In this document: piece by piece, positions 9,677 through 18,565 of the stretch
Numbering within the stretch: position 1 is the stretch's first letter
Layout: each line of letters begins with the position of its first letter
Source: an uncultured Gammaproteobacteria bacterium
GTDB lineage: Bacteria; Patescibacteriota; Patescibacteriia; UBA9934
Length of the DNA: 64,000 nt
Assembly (NCBI GenBank): GCA_964569575.1
Contig: CAZMTL010000001.1
Coordinates: forward strand, 67,503-131,502
Direction: 5' to 3'
Notes under the pieces: model-generated
The model's input: only the letters and a program-made list of their open reading frames with translations
Databases searched by the model: none
What the model was told of the DNA's origin: nothing
Made by a program: the position numbers and the translations under genes

Positions 9677-10030
9677 CTATTCTTTTTTGAAGGTGACTTT
9701 GAATGAAGGTACCCATCGGTTGTCGTATTCGTCTTTGATTTCGACGCTTTCGTTTGCAAGGAATTTATTCAACGCTAAATCGGACAGAATTTCGCTGTCG
9801 GTTGCGATTTCGAGCTTCAAATCTTCCATCTTGTCTACCTCGGTCTGAGAATCTGCTTTTACCCCGTTTTCGAGCGATTTCTTTTCTTCCCGCAACGCCT
9901 TCATTTCTTCACCAATTTCTTTATGTCGTTCGATATGAACAAATTGATCGCGGATCATTTTATTCAAATCTCGCAGTTCGTGTTTATTTTTTTCGATCCG
10001 TTTGTAGATTTTTTCGATGTCTTGTTCCAT
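9677..10030 (-). CDS. hypothetical coiled-coil protein (117 aa)
   Basis: Highly charged heptad-rich sequence, no TM; between trhO terminator and secD. Confidence 0.55.
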   Translation of the reverse strand: MEQDIEKIYKRIEKNKHELRDLNKMIRDQFVHIERHKEIGEEMKALREEKKSLENGVKADSQTEVDKMEDLKLEIATDSEILSDLALNKFLANESVEIKDEYDNRWVPSFKVTFKKE

Positions 10031-10130
10031 AAATTTTCGATTGGTTAACGAGCGGCATTATAACATATCGGTTTTTTTTGGATTTGGGGATTGAATTTTA
10101 TAAAGAGACACGACCGATGCCGTGATGCTC

Positions 10131-10160
10131 TTACTTAATAAAGCAATAACGATCCAATGG
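10131..10160 (-). terminator. rho-independent terminator after trhO
   Basis: Perfect 13-bp stem gcaataacgatcc/ggatcgttattgc, loop aat, T-rich tract on minus strand. Confidence 0.6.
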
Positions 10161-10164
10161 ATCG

Positions 10165-11160
10165 TTATTGCAGCACTTTAAATTTTGCTTTTACGCCTTT
10201 GCGTAGTCTTCTTTGTTCTTCGAGTGGAAGAAGGCTGATTTGTTTGCATTCTTCGCTGCAGCAGGTGTTCATTTTTTCCTGACAGCTGTCGCATTGAATG
10301 AAGAGCACATGACACATCGTGTTTTTGCAGTCGACATAAATGTTCGACGGCTCGTTGCATGTTGTGCAGTTGGTTAGAATGTCTTCCGTAATCGTTTCGT
10401 CGCGTCGTGCGTCGAAGACGAAGTTTTTTCCGATAAATTTACTTTCTAGACCTTCTCGTTTTATTTGATGCGCGTAGTCGATGATTCCTCCGTGTAGTTG
10501 ATTTACATCTTTGAATCCGTGATGCTTTAGAAATGCACTTGTTTTTTCACATCGCACTCCGCCGGTGCAGTAAAGCAATACCTTTTCTTCTTCCTTCCCT
10601 TTTAATTCATCGAGCACCATCGGAAGTTCTTCACGAAACGTGAGTGCTTCTGGCGTAATAGCTCCTTCGAAATGCCCGATGGCGCTTTCGTACTTGTTGC
10701 GCATATCTACCACGATTGCTCCACTGTCCATCGCTTCGTTCCATTCCTTGGCGGTTAGATGCGTTCCGACGTTTTCGACATCGTACGAATCAATTGGCAA
10801 ATCATCTGCAACAATTTGACGCTTTACTTTGATGGTTAGTTTCCAAAATGCAATGCCGTTTTCTTCAACTCCTATTTTGAACGGAACGCCGTTGAATTCG
10901 CTAAACGAATCTACGTGCTTTCGAAATGCGTCGAGCGTGTGTTCTGGAACGCTTACTTGTGCGTTAATTCCTTCGGTTGCGACATAAATTCGGCCGAGTA
11001 CCTGAAACGCTGTCCAGTCTTTCCACAATCGGTCGCGCATCGATTTTGGATCTGCTAATCGGACGTATTTGTAGAACGAAAGCGTCACGCGCTTAAACGG
11101 CTCGGCCTGTACTCGGGCGAGTGCGTCTGCTTTCGAAAGTTTGTTGATTAATTTTGCCAT
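10165..11160 (-). CDS. trhO: rhodanese-related sulfurtransferase / tRNA U34 hydroxylase TrhO (UPF0176/YceA family)
   Basis: Rhodanese active-site loop LLYCTGGVRCEK plus C-terminal Cys-rich tail (CTTCN..CDSC..CCSEEC). Confidence 0.82.
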   Translation of the reverse strand: MAKLINKLSKADALARVQAEPFKRVTLSFYKYVRLADPKSMRDRLWKDWTAFQVLGRIYVATEGINAQVSVPEHTLDAFRKHVDSFSEFNGVPFKIGVEENGIAFWKLTIKVKRQIVADDLPIDSYDVENVGTHLTAKEWNEAMDSGAIVVDMRNKYESAIGHFEGAITPEALTFREELPMVLDELKGKEEEKVLLYCTGGVRCEKTSAFLKHHGFKDVNQLHGGIIDYAHQIKREGLESKFIGKNFVFDARRDETITEDILTNCTTCNEPSNIYVDCKNTMCHVLFIQCDSCQEKMNTCCSEECKQISLLPLEEQRRLRKGVKAKFKVLQ

Positions 11161-11260
11161 ATCAGTCAGGTAGATTAGCGAAAAATTTGGGTTGTGTCAA
11201 TTGATTGCATGTCTGAATCTTTAGATCTTAACAGCAGCGCAATGAAAACTGTTTGAGTAG

Positions 11261-11890
11261 CTACAGTACAAACTCCGCCGGTGTACGAATCGAAACAAGG
11301 AGACCGTGGTCGATTTCGACAAGCTGCGTTTCGAATTTTCGAGATGTCTGCATGTATTCGATATATTCCTTCAACTCCTTGGCCATGTCGATGCAGTTAT
11401 CTGCGATCACGATTGCGCCTGGAGCGAGGTGCTTTTCTAGATTTTTGAGGACTGGAAGGTAGCCTTTTTTGTTTGCATCGAGGAAGAGGAAGTCGATTGG
11501 CTTCGACCAGTTACTTGACCAGTCGAGCGCATCTGCGTGGATTTGATCTACTGTTTTTTCGAGGCCTGCTTTCGTGATGTTTTCGTGCGCTTCGTCGAAC
11601 TTGTAGCGTTCTTTCTCGACTGTAATAACGGTCGCGCCAATTTGTTCAGCGGCATCACCCAGCCAAATAGCCGAACAGCCGACCGAAGTTCCAATTTCTA
11701 CAATCGTTGTTGGCGCTTGCTCGAGCACCTTTGCATGCAACCACTCGCCTGTTTTACGCCCGATGGACCATGTTCCGACATTTGTTGTCACGCTCCATTT
11801 GGCCTTCAGCTCCGCCGAAAGTCCGTTTATGCGGATATCTTCGTCGAGTGCTTCGATTTGCTTTAGAATTTGTTCGCGTTGTTGGTTCAT
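11261..11890 (-). CDS. class I SAM-dependent O-methyltransferase (catechol/caffeoyl-CoA OMT-like, PF01596-type)
   Basis: VEIGTSVGCSAIWL SAM-binding motif, LDANKKGY and IVIADNC motifs; start chosen at ATG 11890 (AGAGG 6 nt upstream); track ORF extends to TTG 11929. Confidence 0.78.
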   Translation of the reverse strand: MNQQREQILKQIEALDEDIRINGLSAELKAKWSVTTNVGTWSIGRKTGEWLHAKVLEQAPTTIVEIGTSVGCSAIWLGDAAEQIGATVITVEKERYKFDEAHENITKAGLEKTVDQIHADALDWSSNWSKPIDFLFLDANKKGYLPVLKNLEKHLAPGAIVIADNCIDMAKELKEYIEYMQTSRKFETQLVEIDHGLLVSIRTPAEFVL

Positions 11891-11942
11891 AATTGCCTCT
11901 ATCATGAAAGAAAATCGAGACTTCGTCAATTTGGCTCGTGGC

Positions 11943-11970
11943 TTGACTTTACGCTAAATTTTGCTAGTAT
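11943..11970 (+). promoter_or_regulatory. candidate sigma70-type promoter (TTGACT-16-TAGTAT) upstream of small ORFs at 11993
   Basis: Near-consensus -35/-10 hexamers with 16-nt spacer, about 22 nt upstream of ATG 11993. Confidence 0.45.
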
Positions 11971-11992
11971 TAGTCCCTGAATCTGTGTTTTT

Positions 11993-12367
11993 ATGGCAAA
12001 GCGAGGAAAAACAACCGGAGCGAAGGCCAAATTTGGCGGAAGACATTCTTCGGTTATCGACATCGCTGAGTCACTTCTAAACACGATTAGTAAAAGTCCT
12101 TTGGTAAGTAAGATCTCGCCAGGTCATATTGAATCCAGTCGAAAGAAGAGTAGCGCCGGCCAGCCTAGGCTGAAGTGCACGCTTTTTCCGGCGAAAGTAG
12201 AAGTGACCATTCGGTCGAGCTCGACTCGGCAGATTATTCACGTCTACGGAGACAGCATCGAAGCGATTCGTGATTTGATTCACGCGTCGTGGCGATACGA
12301 CATCACCCACTCGAAGAATGAGGAAACGCAAGATGAATCGGCATCATCTCACCAAGCGACTCGATGA
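11993..12367 (+). CDS. hypothetical protein (124 aa, basic N-terminus)
   Basis: ORF downstream of promoter-like element; no SD; overlaps next ORF by 35 nt. Confidence 0.4.
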   Translation: MAKRGKTTGAKAKFGGRHSSVIDIAESLLNTISKSPLVSKISPGHIESSRKKSSAGQPRLKCTLFPAKVEVTIRSSSTRQIIHVYGDSIEAIRDLIHASWRYDITHSKNEETQDESASSHQATR

Positions 12368-12584
12368 ACTTCTGAACAATCTGGATAGCAAGCGAAGCTT
12401 GCTCGCCATGCACATCAGGAGCGGTGGAGGAAGTCTGTCGTCTCCCGTCGTCGGAAACTCCGACGGTTACCACGACAAGACCGCTCGACTCACCAGTGAC
12501 ATCAAACGCTTGGAGTCCAGAGCTGACCAGGTAAGGCGCGAACTCGACAACCTGTCGACGAAGCACACCACGACCCCCTCCTAG
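12333..12584 (+). CDS. hypothetical coiled-coil protein (83 aa)
   Basis: GAGGAA 7 nt upstream of ATG 12333; charged helical sequence. Confidence 0.4.
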   Translation: MNRHHLTKRLDELLNNLDSKRSLLAMHIRSGGGSLSSPVVGNSDGYHDKTARLTSDIKRLESRADQVRRELDNLSTKHTTTPS

Positions 12585-12805
12585 GGGGTTTTCCCTTTTA
12601 ATCGAGTGAAGCGTTGAATTTTCTGACCATTGATTTCGACTTGTTCCTGAAACATGGCGAGTGGACGAACCCAGACATCTTCTTTGTTTGCGACCGATTG
12701 GTACACCACCATGTCTTCGAGTGTTTCGGAATGTTTCGCGAGCGCGAGGATTGTGTAGTTGTTGCCTTTGTAATGGCGGTAGATTTGGCCTGGAAGTGGG
12801 GGCAT
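12581..12805 (-). CDS. DUF1653-family protein
   Basis: YRHYKGNNYTILALAKHSETLEDMVVYQ...WVRPLAMF matches DUF1653 signature (YxHYKG..Y.v...a.hSET.e..VvYq). Confidence 0.7.
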   Translation of the reverse strand: MPPLPGQIYRHYKGNNYTILALAKHSETLEDMVVYQSVANKEDVWVRPLAMFQEQVEINGQKIQRFTRLKGKTP

Positions 12806-12817
12806 ACAATTGTTAGT

Positions 12818-13348
12818 TTACCTCGTTTTGCGTGAGCGATATAGCCGTTCGGTGAACCCGCCCTCTCGCGTGAACGCCTGCTCTAGCGCGCGAAGTTGCT
12901 GGTCGAGCAAATAATTTGTTTGGTGAACTAAACAAATCGCCACATTCGCCGCGTCATGCGAAAACGCGCTATAGGTCATATATGTCGTATAGGACCTATT
13001 CGACCTATAGGCGAGCGCACGAATTTCGAGCGCTCGCGGGTCGCGCGAATTCCACTGCTCGAACGCGCCCTGGCGTAGGTAGTCTTCGTAGTCCAACAAC
13101 AACTCTTCCTGACTCGCGCGTGCAACGCGGACTAGTTTCAGCTCCGTCTTTTTCGAAGTACCTGAAGTTTGTGATCCTTCGGCAATATTTTGCCGGCCAG
13201 AACGCGCCGCGTGAATCATTTGGTCGCGCATGCGCCAATTCTTTACGAATTTTTCACAAAACTGCACCGTGAAGTCGTATACGATCGTCGCATTCTGATA
13301 ACTTTTCAATTCTCTGAATCCGCCGTGAGCTGAAATTATTTTATTCAT
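12818..13348 (-). CDS. four-helix-bundle protein (TIGR02436-like, '23S rRNA intervening-sequence protein' family) with extended C-terminus
   Basis: ARSGRQNIAEGSQ..SKKTELKLVRVARASQEEL matches the NIAEG core of the family; start set at ATG 13348, downstream of hairpin terminator 13362-13400. Confidence 0.6.
   Translation of the reverse strand: MNKIISAHGGFRELKSYQNATIVYDFTVQFCEKFVKNWRMRDQMIHAARSGRQNIAEGSQTSGTSKKTELKLVRVARASQEELLLDYEDYLRQGAFEQWNSRDPRALEIRALAYRSNRSYTTYMTYSAFSHDAANVAICLVHQTNYLLDQQLRALEQAFTREGGFTERLYRSRKTR
12964..13016. repeat. 'TATAGG' palindromic element, copy 1 (inside 4HB ORF)
   Basis: gcgctataggtcatatatgtcgtataggacctattcgacctataggcgagcgc; inverted repeat CTATAGGTC/GACCTATAG; about 75% identical to 18566-18620. 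Confidence 0.5.
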
Positions 13349-13361
13349 AGTTCGATCAAAA

Positions 13362-13400
13362 AAAGAACCCCCGCAAAACGGGAGTTCTTTTTTCCATTGC
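13362..13400. terminator. bidirectional hairpin terminator
   Basis: A7-gaacccccg-caaaa-cgggagttc-T6. Confidence 0.5.
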
Positions 13401-13433
13401 ACCGCGAATTTTACTTCGCGTCAATGTGGATAA

Positions 13434-13970
13434 TTATTCTCTGATCTGTCTTGCGGGTTGGTCGTAGATCACTTCTGTTCTTGCTAGATTTTCTCGCGAC
13501 ACTTCCGCTCCATCTACCGTACTCCATACTTCGCCTACGATAAATCTTTTTGCTATCGGTTCGTGTCCAGGAGGAATCACCTGCTCGCCGTTTTCGAATT
13601 CGTACCGATTCAACACATATAAAATCGAGGTGCCATCGTGTTCGCAAAGCATTTCTTGAATCGTGTATTCCAATACTCTTTCCTGCTCTGAAAGAAGTTT
13701 ACACGAGCCTTGTACTTCGGCGATTTTTTCTGACGAAAGCGTAACTTCACCTGTTAGTGCGTCGAAGATATTGAACTTCCCTTCCGTCTTTCCCAAAACC
13801 TGCTCCACGAAAAGAGACTGATCTCTTTGCACTATTTCGTATCTAAATGTTCCCAGCGACACCGGGACACTATATACAATTCGTTTTCGGACTATCTCGT
13901 TTGACGAAATACTAGCGCCGACAATCAATGCGATCACAATAACCGCGACCAAAGTGATTATTTTCTTCAT
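13434..13970 (-). CDS. hypothetical membrane-anchored/secreted protein (about 178 aa)
   Basis: N-terminal MKKIITLVAVIVIALIVGAS signal-anchor; start 1 nt after secA stop (operon). Confidence 0.6.
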   Translation of the reverse strand: MKKIITLVAVIVIALIVGASISSNEIVRKRIVYSVPVSLGTFRYEIVQRDQSLFVEQVLGKTEGKFNIFDALTGEVTLSSEKIAEVQGSCKLLSEQERVLEYTIQEMLCEHDGTSILYVLNRYEFENGEQVIPPGHEPIAKRFIVGEVWSTVDGAEVSRENLARTEVIYDQPARQIRE

Positions 13971-13971
13971 A

Positions 13972-16740
13972 CTAAGCCCCGTGACATTTCTTAAACTTCT
14001 TTCCACTTCCGCAGGGACATGCTTCGTTTCGGCCTACGTTTGAATAGTCCGCGCCTGGCGCTGATTGGGATGGCGCTGAAGCGAGCTTGTTTGTTCGTGC
14101 TGCGACTGGGTTGCCCATTGTTTTTTGGGCACCTTGAAGGGTTAGTTTTGCTTTTTCGATTAAGCTTGGGGCTAGCTGCACCACTTGTTGGGTTGTGATG
14201 GCTTGGCCTAGGACTTTGAAGACGTTGTAGACGACTTCTTTTTGAATCGCAACTTGTAAGTTTTCGAACATTTCGAAGGCTTCGCGCTTGTATTCAATGA
14301 GTGGGTCGCGTTGGCCGTAGCTGCGGAGTCCGACGGAACGGCGTAGGTATGTCATTTCGTCTAGATGCCGAACCCACATGTTGTCGTAGGCGCGTAACAT
14401 TAATGTTCGGTACATCCGATTGAGCCGTTCTTTTTCGGGAAGTTTTTCTTCCGCGAACGCCATTTTTGATTTCGCTTCTGCGACAAACCCTTCGATCACA
14501 AACGAACGTTGCGTTGCAAGACGTTCTTTGTCGCGCGAAATTTCTTTCAATTCTTGCGCGACGTTTGATTCGAATTCTGCGCTGATTGGCGCGATCGTTT
14601 TTAGGACTTCGATAATTTCTTTTGGATCCCAATCTGCTTTTTCTGTCTTGTTTGCAAACTCTTCTGGCACTTCTGCAGCGCTAGAACCTGTGTGGAACAA
14701 CACGACGCGCTCAACTTCTTCTTCAACCATTTCCAAAATCTTTTCTGCGAATCCTTCTTCTTGTTTAAGCAGTTCGCGGCGTTCGGTGTAGATGGCAGTT
14801 CGGTGCTTGTTCAATACGTCGTCGTATTCTAGAACGTGTTTTCGAGAATCGAAATGACGTCCCTCGACGCGTTGCTGTGCTTTTTCGAGCGAGTTCGAAA
14901 TCATCTTACTTTCGATTGGCATTGTTTCTTCAATCTTGAGTGTTTGCATCACTTTCTTTGCACGATCGCTTCCAAAAATGCGCATCAATTGATCGTCCAT
15001 CGAAACGTAAAATTGTGTCGAACCTGGGTCGCCTTGTCGCCCGGCTCGTCCTCGCAACTGGTTGTCGATGCGTCGCGAATCGTGGCGTTCGGTTCCGATT
15101 ACGTGCAATCCGCCTAGCGCCTTTACCGCTTCTTGTTCTTCCTTATCGAACGGCTGACCGCCAAGCATGATGTCGACTCCGCGTCCTGCCATGTTTGTCG
15201 CTACAGTTACTGCCCCGCGTCGACCGGCTTGCGCGATAATTTCTGCTTCGCGTTCGTGGTTTTTTGCGTTCAATACTTCGTGCTTCACACCTCCCTTTGT
15301 CAGAAGTTGCGAAAGAAGTTCGTTGTCTTCAATCGAAATGGTTCCAAGCAACACGGGCTGCCCTTTCTGCTGTCGCATTTTTACTTCTTCTACCACCGAC
15401 AACAACTTCCCTTTTGTGTTTTGATAAATACGATCGTTCAAATCTTCGCGGGCGATTGGATTGTTGGTTGGCATCTGTACTACTTCCAACTTGTAGATTT
15501 TCGAAAATTCTTCTGCTTCGGTTGCCGCTGTTCCGGTCATTCCCGAAAGCTTGTTGTACATGCGGAAATAATTTTGGAAGGTGATCGTTGCCATCGTACG
15601 ACTTTCTCGGTTCACCTGAACTCCTTCCTTCGCTTCGATTGCTTGGTGCAATCCGTCACTGTATCGACGTCCTTCCATCACGCGTCCGGTAAATTCGTCG
15701 ACAATTTTAACTTCCCCATTTTGCACAACGTATTCTTTGTCTTTTTGAAATAACGCTCGCGCTTTGAGTGCTTGTTCAGCGTGGTGAATGTATTCCAATC
15801 CTCCGCTTGTGTAGAGATTTTCTACACCAAGACGTTTTTCGAGTGTCTCGATTCCGGCATCGGTAAACGTTGACGCACGCATTTTCTCGTCGATGTTGTA
15901 GTGCTCGCCTTCTTTCAAATCTCTTACCAATTCCGCGAAACGGAAATAGAGATCAGCTGATTCTTCCGCAGGAGCCGAGATGATGAGCGGCGTGCGGGCT
16001 TCGTCGATTAAGATTGAGTCGATTTCGTCGACAATCGCGTAGTGAAGTTCGCGCTGCACACGGTCTTCTTCGCGCGTTACCATGTTGTCGCGCAAGTAAT
16101 CGAATCCGAATTCGTTGTTTGTTCCGTACGTAATATCTGCCGCGTACGCTTCACGACGACTTACCGGTCGCAAAAAGTCCATCTGAACTTTGAACGAACC
16201 TGTTTGGTCGCGTTCTTCATCTTCTTCCTTCGCTGCTTTGAACGATTCGTCGTAGATGTATCCGCTTTCGTGCTGAATGCAGGCGACGCTTAATCCAAGA
16301 AATGAAAAAATCTGTCCCATCCAAACCGCGTCACGCTTTGCAAGGTAGTCGTTTACTGTTACGACGTGTACGCCTTTTCCTTCGAGCGCGTTTGCGTAGA
16401 CGGCTAGTGTTGAGGTAAGCGTCTTTCCTTCACCTGTTCGCATTTCGGCAATTTGACCTTTGTGTAGAGTGAGCCCTCCCATCAGCTGAACATCGTAGTG
16501 TCGTTGACCAAGCGTGCGACGAGCGGTTTCGCGTACAATCGCGAATGCTTCATGAATCACGCTGTCGAGCGCCGTGCCTTCCTGAACTTGTTTTTTGAGG
16601 TCGAGCGATTTCTGCTTTAATGCTTCGTCCGACAAGCTAGCCAAACCTGGTTCTAGGTTGGTTATTTTTTCTGCTTCGGTTCGTAATTCTTTTAACGTTT
16701 TCTCGTTCGGATCACCGAAAATTTTGGTCAAAAAACTCAT
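13972..16740 (-). CDS. secA: preprotein translocase ATPase SecA (922 aa); track ORF 13972..17196 is an N-terminal read-through into the GC-rich islet
   Basis: True start MSFLTKIFGDPNEK at 16740; DEAD-motor and C-terminal zinc-finger CPCGSGKKFKKCHG. Confidence 0.95.
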   Translation of the reverse strand: MSFLTKIFGDPNEKTLKELRTEAEKITNLEPGLASLSDEALKQKSLDLKKQVQEGTALDSVIHEAFAIVRETARRTLGQRHYDVQLMGGLTLHKGQIAEMRTGEGKTLTSTLAVYANALEGKGVHVVTVNDYLAKRDAVWMGQIFSFLGLSVACIQHESGYIYDESFKAAKEEDEERDQTGSFKVQMDFLRPVSRREAYAADITYGTNNEFGFDYLRDNMVTREEDRVQRELHYAIVDEIDSILIDEARTPLIISAPAEESADLYFRFAELVRDLKEGEHYNIDEKMRASTFTDAGIETLEKRLGVENLYTSGGLEYIHHAEQALKARALFQKDKEYVVQNGEVKIVDEFTGRVMEGRRYSDGLHQAIEAKEGVQVNRESRTMATITFQNYFRMYNKLSGMTGTAATEAEEFSKIYKLEVVQMPTNNPIAREDLNDRIYQNTKGKLLSVVEEVKMRQQKGQPVLLGTISIEDNELLSQLLTKGGVKHEVLNAKNHEREAEIIAQAGRRGAVTVATNMAGRGVDIMLGGQPFDKEEQEAVKALGGLHVIGTERHDSRRIDNQLRGRAGRQGDPGSTQFYVSMDDQLMRIFGSDRAKKVMQTLKIEETMPIESKMISNSLEKAQQRVEGRHFDSRKHVLEYDDVLNKHRTAIYTERRELLKQEEGFAEKILEMVEEEVERVVLFHTGSSAAEVPEEFANKTEKADWDPKEIIEVLKTIAPISAEFESNVAQELKEISRDKERLATQRSFVIEGFVAEAKSKMAFAEEKLPEKERLNRMYRTLMLRAYDNMWVRHLDEMTYLRRSVGLRSYGQRDPLIEYKREAFEMFENLQVAIQKEVVYNVFKVLGQAITTQQVVQLAPSLIEKAKLTLQGAQKTMGNPVAARTNKLASAPSQSAPGADYSNVGRNEACPCGSGKKFKKCHGA

Positions 16741-16817
16741 ACACGCACGATTTTTTTCTGCTGGATTAACGAGGCTATCTTGCCTCAAAAATGAGAAAAG
16801 ATCAATTTTTCCTGTTA

Positions 16818-16856
16818 CCAAAACGCAAAACCCCGCGAACGCGCGTTCGCAGGGTA
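16818..16856 (-). terminator. rho-independent terminator downstream of cupin gene
   Basis: Palindrome ccccgcgaacgcgcgttcgcaggg followed (minus strand) by TTTTGCGTTTT. Confidence 0.6.
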
Positions 16857-16877
16857 AGCCGATGCTGGGCTCGGGTA

Positions 16878-17327
16878 CTAGTTGACGACGAACTTGTCTT
16901 CGGGTCCGCCGCCGCCGATGTTGATCACCGAGGCCCGGAAGGCCTGCGTGTGCAGAACCTCGTGGACTGCATTGGGCGCTACGATCACGATGCCACCCGC
17001 GGGCACGTGGTACGTCTCCCCGTCGATCCAGATGGTCATCGTGCCGTCGAGCACGGTGTAGATCTCGGTGCCGACGCGGTGGTAGTGACGATCCTCCTTC
17101 GCGCCGTGGGTGAACACGGCGACTTCGAAGGGGGTCGCGCCTCCGCCCGTGACGATGACCGGGCATCGCCCGTTCTCGCCGCTGTCGTGGCTCCACACCG
17201 ACTCGGTGGCCTCGCTCTCAGTTCGGGCGAACAAGCCGACCACGGCCAACTTGCGGGCACAGCGGCCACCGTCCATGAAGTTCGGATCCTTGTCGATCGC
17301 AATGGGGAACACAACCAAGGACTTCAT
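16878..17327 (-). CDS. cupin-domain protein (149 aa) in high-GC islet 2
   Basis: GGAGG 5 nt upstream of ATG 17327; two-motif cupin pattern (..HGAKEDRHYHRVGTEIYTVLDG.. / ..YHVPAGGIVIVAPNAVHEV..). Confidence 0.72.
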   Translation of the reverse strand: MKSLVVFPIAIDKDPNFMDGGRCARKLAVVGLFARTESEATESVWSHDSGENGRCPVIVTGGGATPFEVAVFTHGAKEDRHYHRVGTEIYTVLDGTMTIWIDGETYHVPAGGIVIVAPNAVHEVLHTQAFRASVINIGGGGPEDKFVVN

Positions 17328-17482
17328 CAGACCTCCTTCGGCAGGGCCGAGTTGCGGGATGCAACGCTTCAAACTCTCATATTTTGGCTAAATAGTCAAG
17401 AATACATTGACAAAAGGCTTATTTTTTGCTATTCTGCGCGGTTCTGTTTTGGTAGAAAAACCCCAACGAGGAGAATGACCAG

Positions 17483-17845
17483 ATGGTCAAGTCAGCGCCG
17501 AAGAGTTCCGAAAATTCGCGCACATGCGCACTTCCGCTCGACAAGAATCCGTACAAGCTCTGCTGCCTGCAGATGCTGCAGGATTCGAGCATGATGCAGA
17601 CCGAGATGGAGCGGATGGGCGCAAAGGCGGTGATCGATCGCATCCGCGGATGCTTTCCCGGTCAGATCGTCGACCTTCGGCCGCTCGACCTCTCCAAGAT
17701 CGACGTGACGGGAGTGAACTTCCTTCCCGACATGACGATCGTCAGCTTCGGAATCTTCCAAGCCGTCAACGCTCACCTCGCCTTCTTCGACGGAGAATCC
17801 ACAGTGAAGGCACGGGTCATCGCTCCACCCGAGCTGCGACCATGA
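17483..17845 (+). CDS. hypothetical protein with pentapeptide-repeat-like C-terminal half (120 aa), high-GC islet 2
   Basis: GAGGAGA 9 nt upstream of ATG; QIVDL/RPLDL/SKIDV/TGVNF register. Confidence 0.5.
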   Translation: MVKSAPKSSENSRTCALPLDKNPYKLCCLQMLQDSSMMQTEMERMGAKAVIDRIRGCFPGQIVDLRPLDLSKIDVTGVNFLPDMTIVSFGIFQAVNAHLAFFDGESTVKARVIAPPELRP

Positions 17846-17981
17846 ACATCTCGAGGACCCGGACGACAACTGTCGCCGGGTCCTCTACTCACCTGAGAGT
17901 TTCATTTTGTGATGAAACGTTCGGGTGAGCACTGAACTGCCACATGTTGTGGTAGGTTGAGTGGCTTTTGGAGGGGGAAGT

Positions 17982-18515
17982 ATGCGTAAGCATAAGGCTC
18001 ATCATCACGGGCCGCGACGCGACCGCTACGGTCGCGCGCACGGAGCCGGTAGGGCTCCGCGGTTCGAGCAGAAGAATGCCGCGATCAACGCGGCCTTCAC
18101 CGACAGCCAAGGTGAAGCGAGCGATGCGCTCAACGAGCAGCTCAACGGCGTTCACGATCGTCTCACGGACCTGATCTCCGTGCAGATGCATCGTCAGCGT
18201 CAACCGACGCTGCGCGACATCCACGACTCTCGGTCCGAACTCACCGCCTTGAAGGTCGAGATCGACGACATCTACAGCGCCCTGCGGCAGGGTGGCGTGA
18301 TCCGAGAGGTCGCGCTGCGGATCCAGAAGCTCCGAGGCGTGATCGGTGATCACCTGCTGATGCTCATGCTGATGCAGATGGATCTCGAGAACGACCACCG
18401 CGCTGCGAGCAACACGCCGCAGTGCAACTTCGCACACGACGCCGCCCCGCTCACTGACGCAGGGCCGATCTTCCACGACGTGCCCGACGTCACCGAGGAC
18501 GCGCCCTTGAACTAG
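17982..18515 (+). CDS. hypothetical His-rich protein (177 aa), high-GC islet 2
   Basis: GGAGGGGGA immediately upstream of ATG 17982 (MRKHKAHHHG..); followed by hairpin 18538-18561. Confidence 0.5.
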   Translation: MRKHKAHHHGPRRDRYGRAHGAGRAPRFEQKNAAINAAFTDSQGEASDALNEQLNGVHDRLTDLISVQMHRQRQPTLRDIHDSRSELTALKVEIDDIYSALRQGGVIREVALRIQKLRGVIGDHLLMLMLMQMDLENDHRAASNTPQCNFAHDAAPLTDAGPIFHDVPDVTEDAPLN

Positions 18516-18537
18516 AGCGCGTCTCACACACACGAAC

Positions 18538-18561
18538 GCCCGCGAGTTTTCACTCGCGGGC
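18538..18561 (+). terminator. stem-loop (possible terminator) closing high-GC islet 2
   Basis: gcccgcgag-ttttca-ctcgcgggc, weak T tract. Confidence 0.4.
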
Positions 18562-18565
18562 GTTA

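Noticed and set aside
12303-12809. 168-aa minus-strand ORF overlapping the small plus-strand ORFs and DUF1653
   Set aside because: It is Arg/Gly-rich with low complexity and conflicts with better-supported ORFs (the DUF1653 motif match and an SD-preceded plus-strand ORF).
16741-17196. N-terminal 152-codon extension of the secA ORF (track ORF 13972..17196)
   Set aside because: The extension is Arg/His/Pro-rich and 63% GC, and is simply stop-free read-through into the GC-rich islet. The authentic SecA N-terminus MSFLTKIFG begins at 16740.
17036-17928. Arg/Pro-rich ORFs (17036..17314 -, 17524..17928 +, 17492..17869 -) inside high-GC islet 2
   Set aside because: These are typical stop-poor alternative frames of GC-rich DNA. 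They lack an RBS and have extreme R/P/A composition. Cupin, 17483 and 17982 genes with SDs explain the region.
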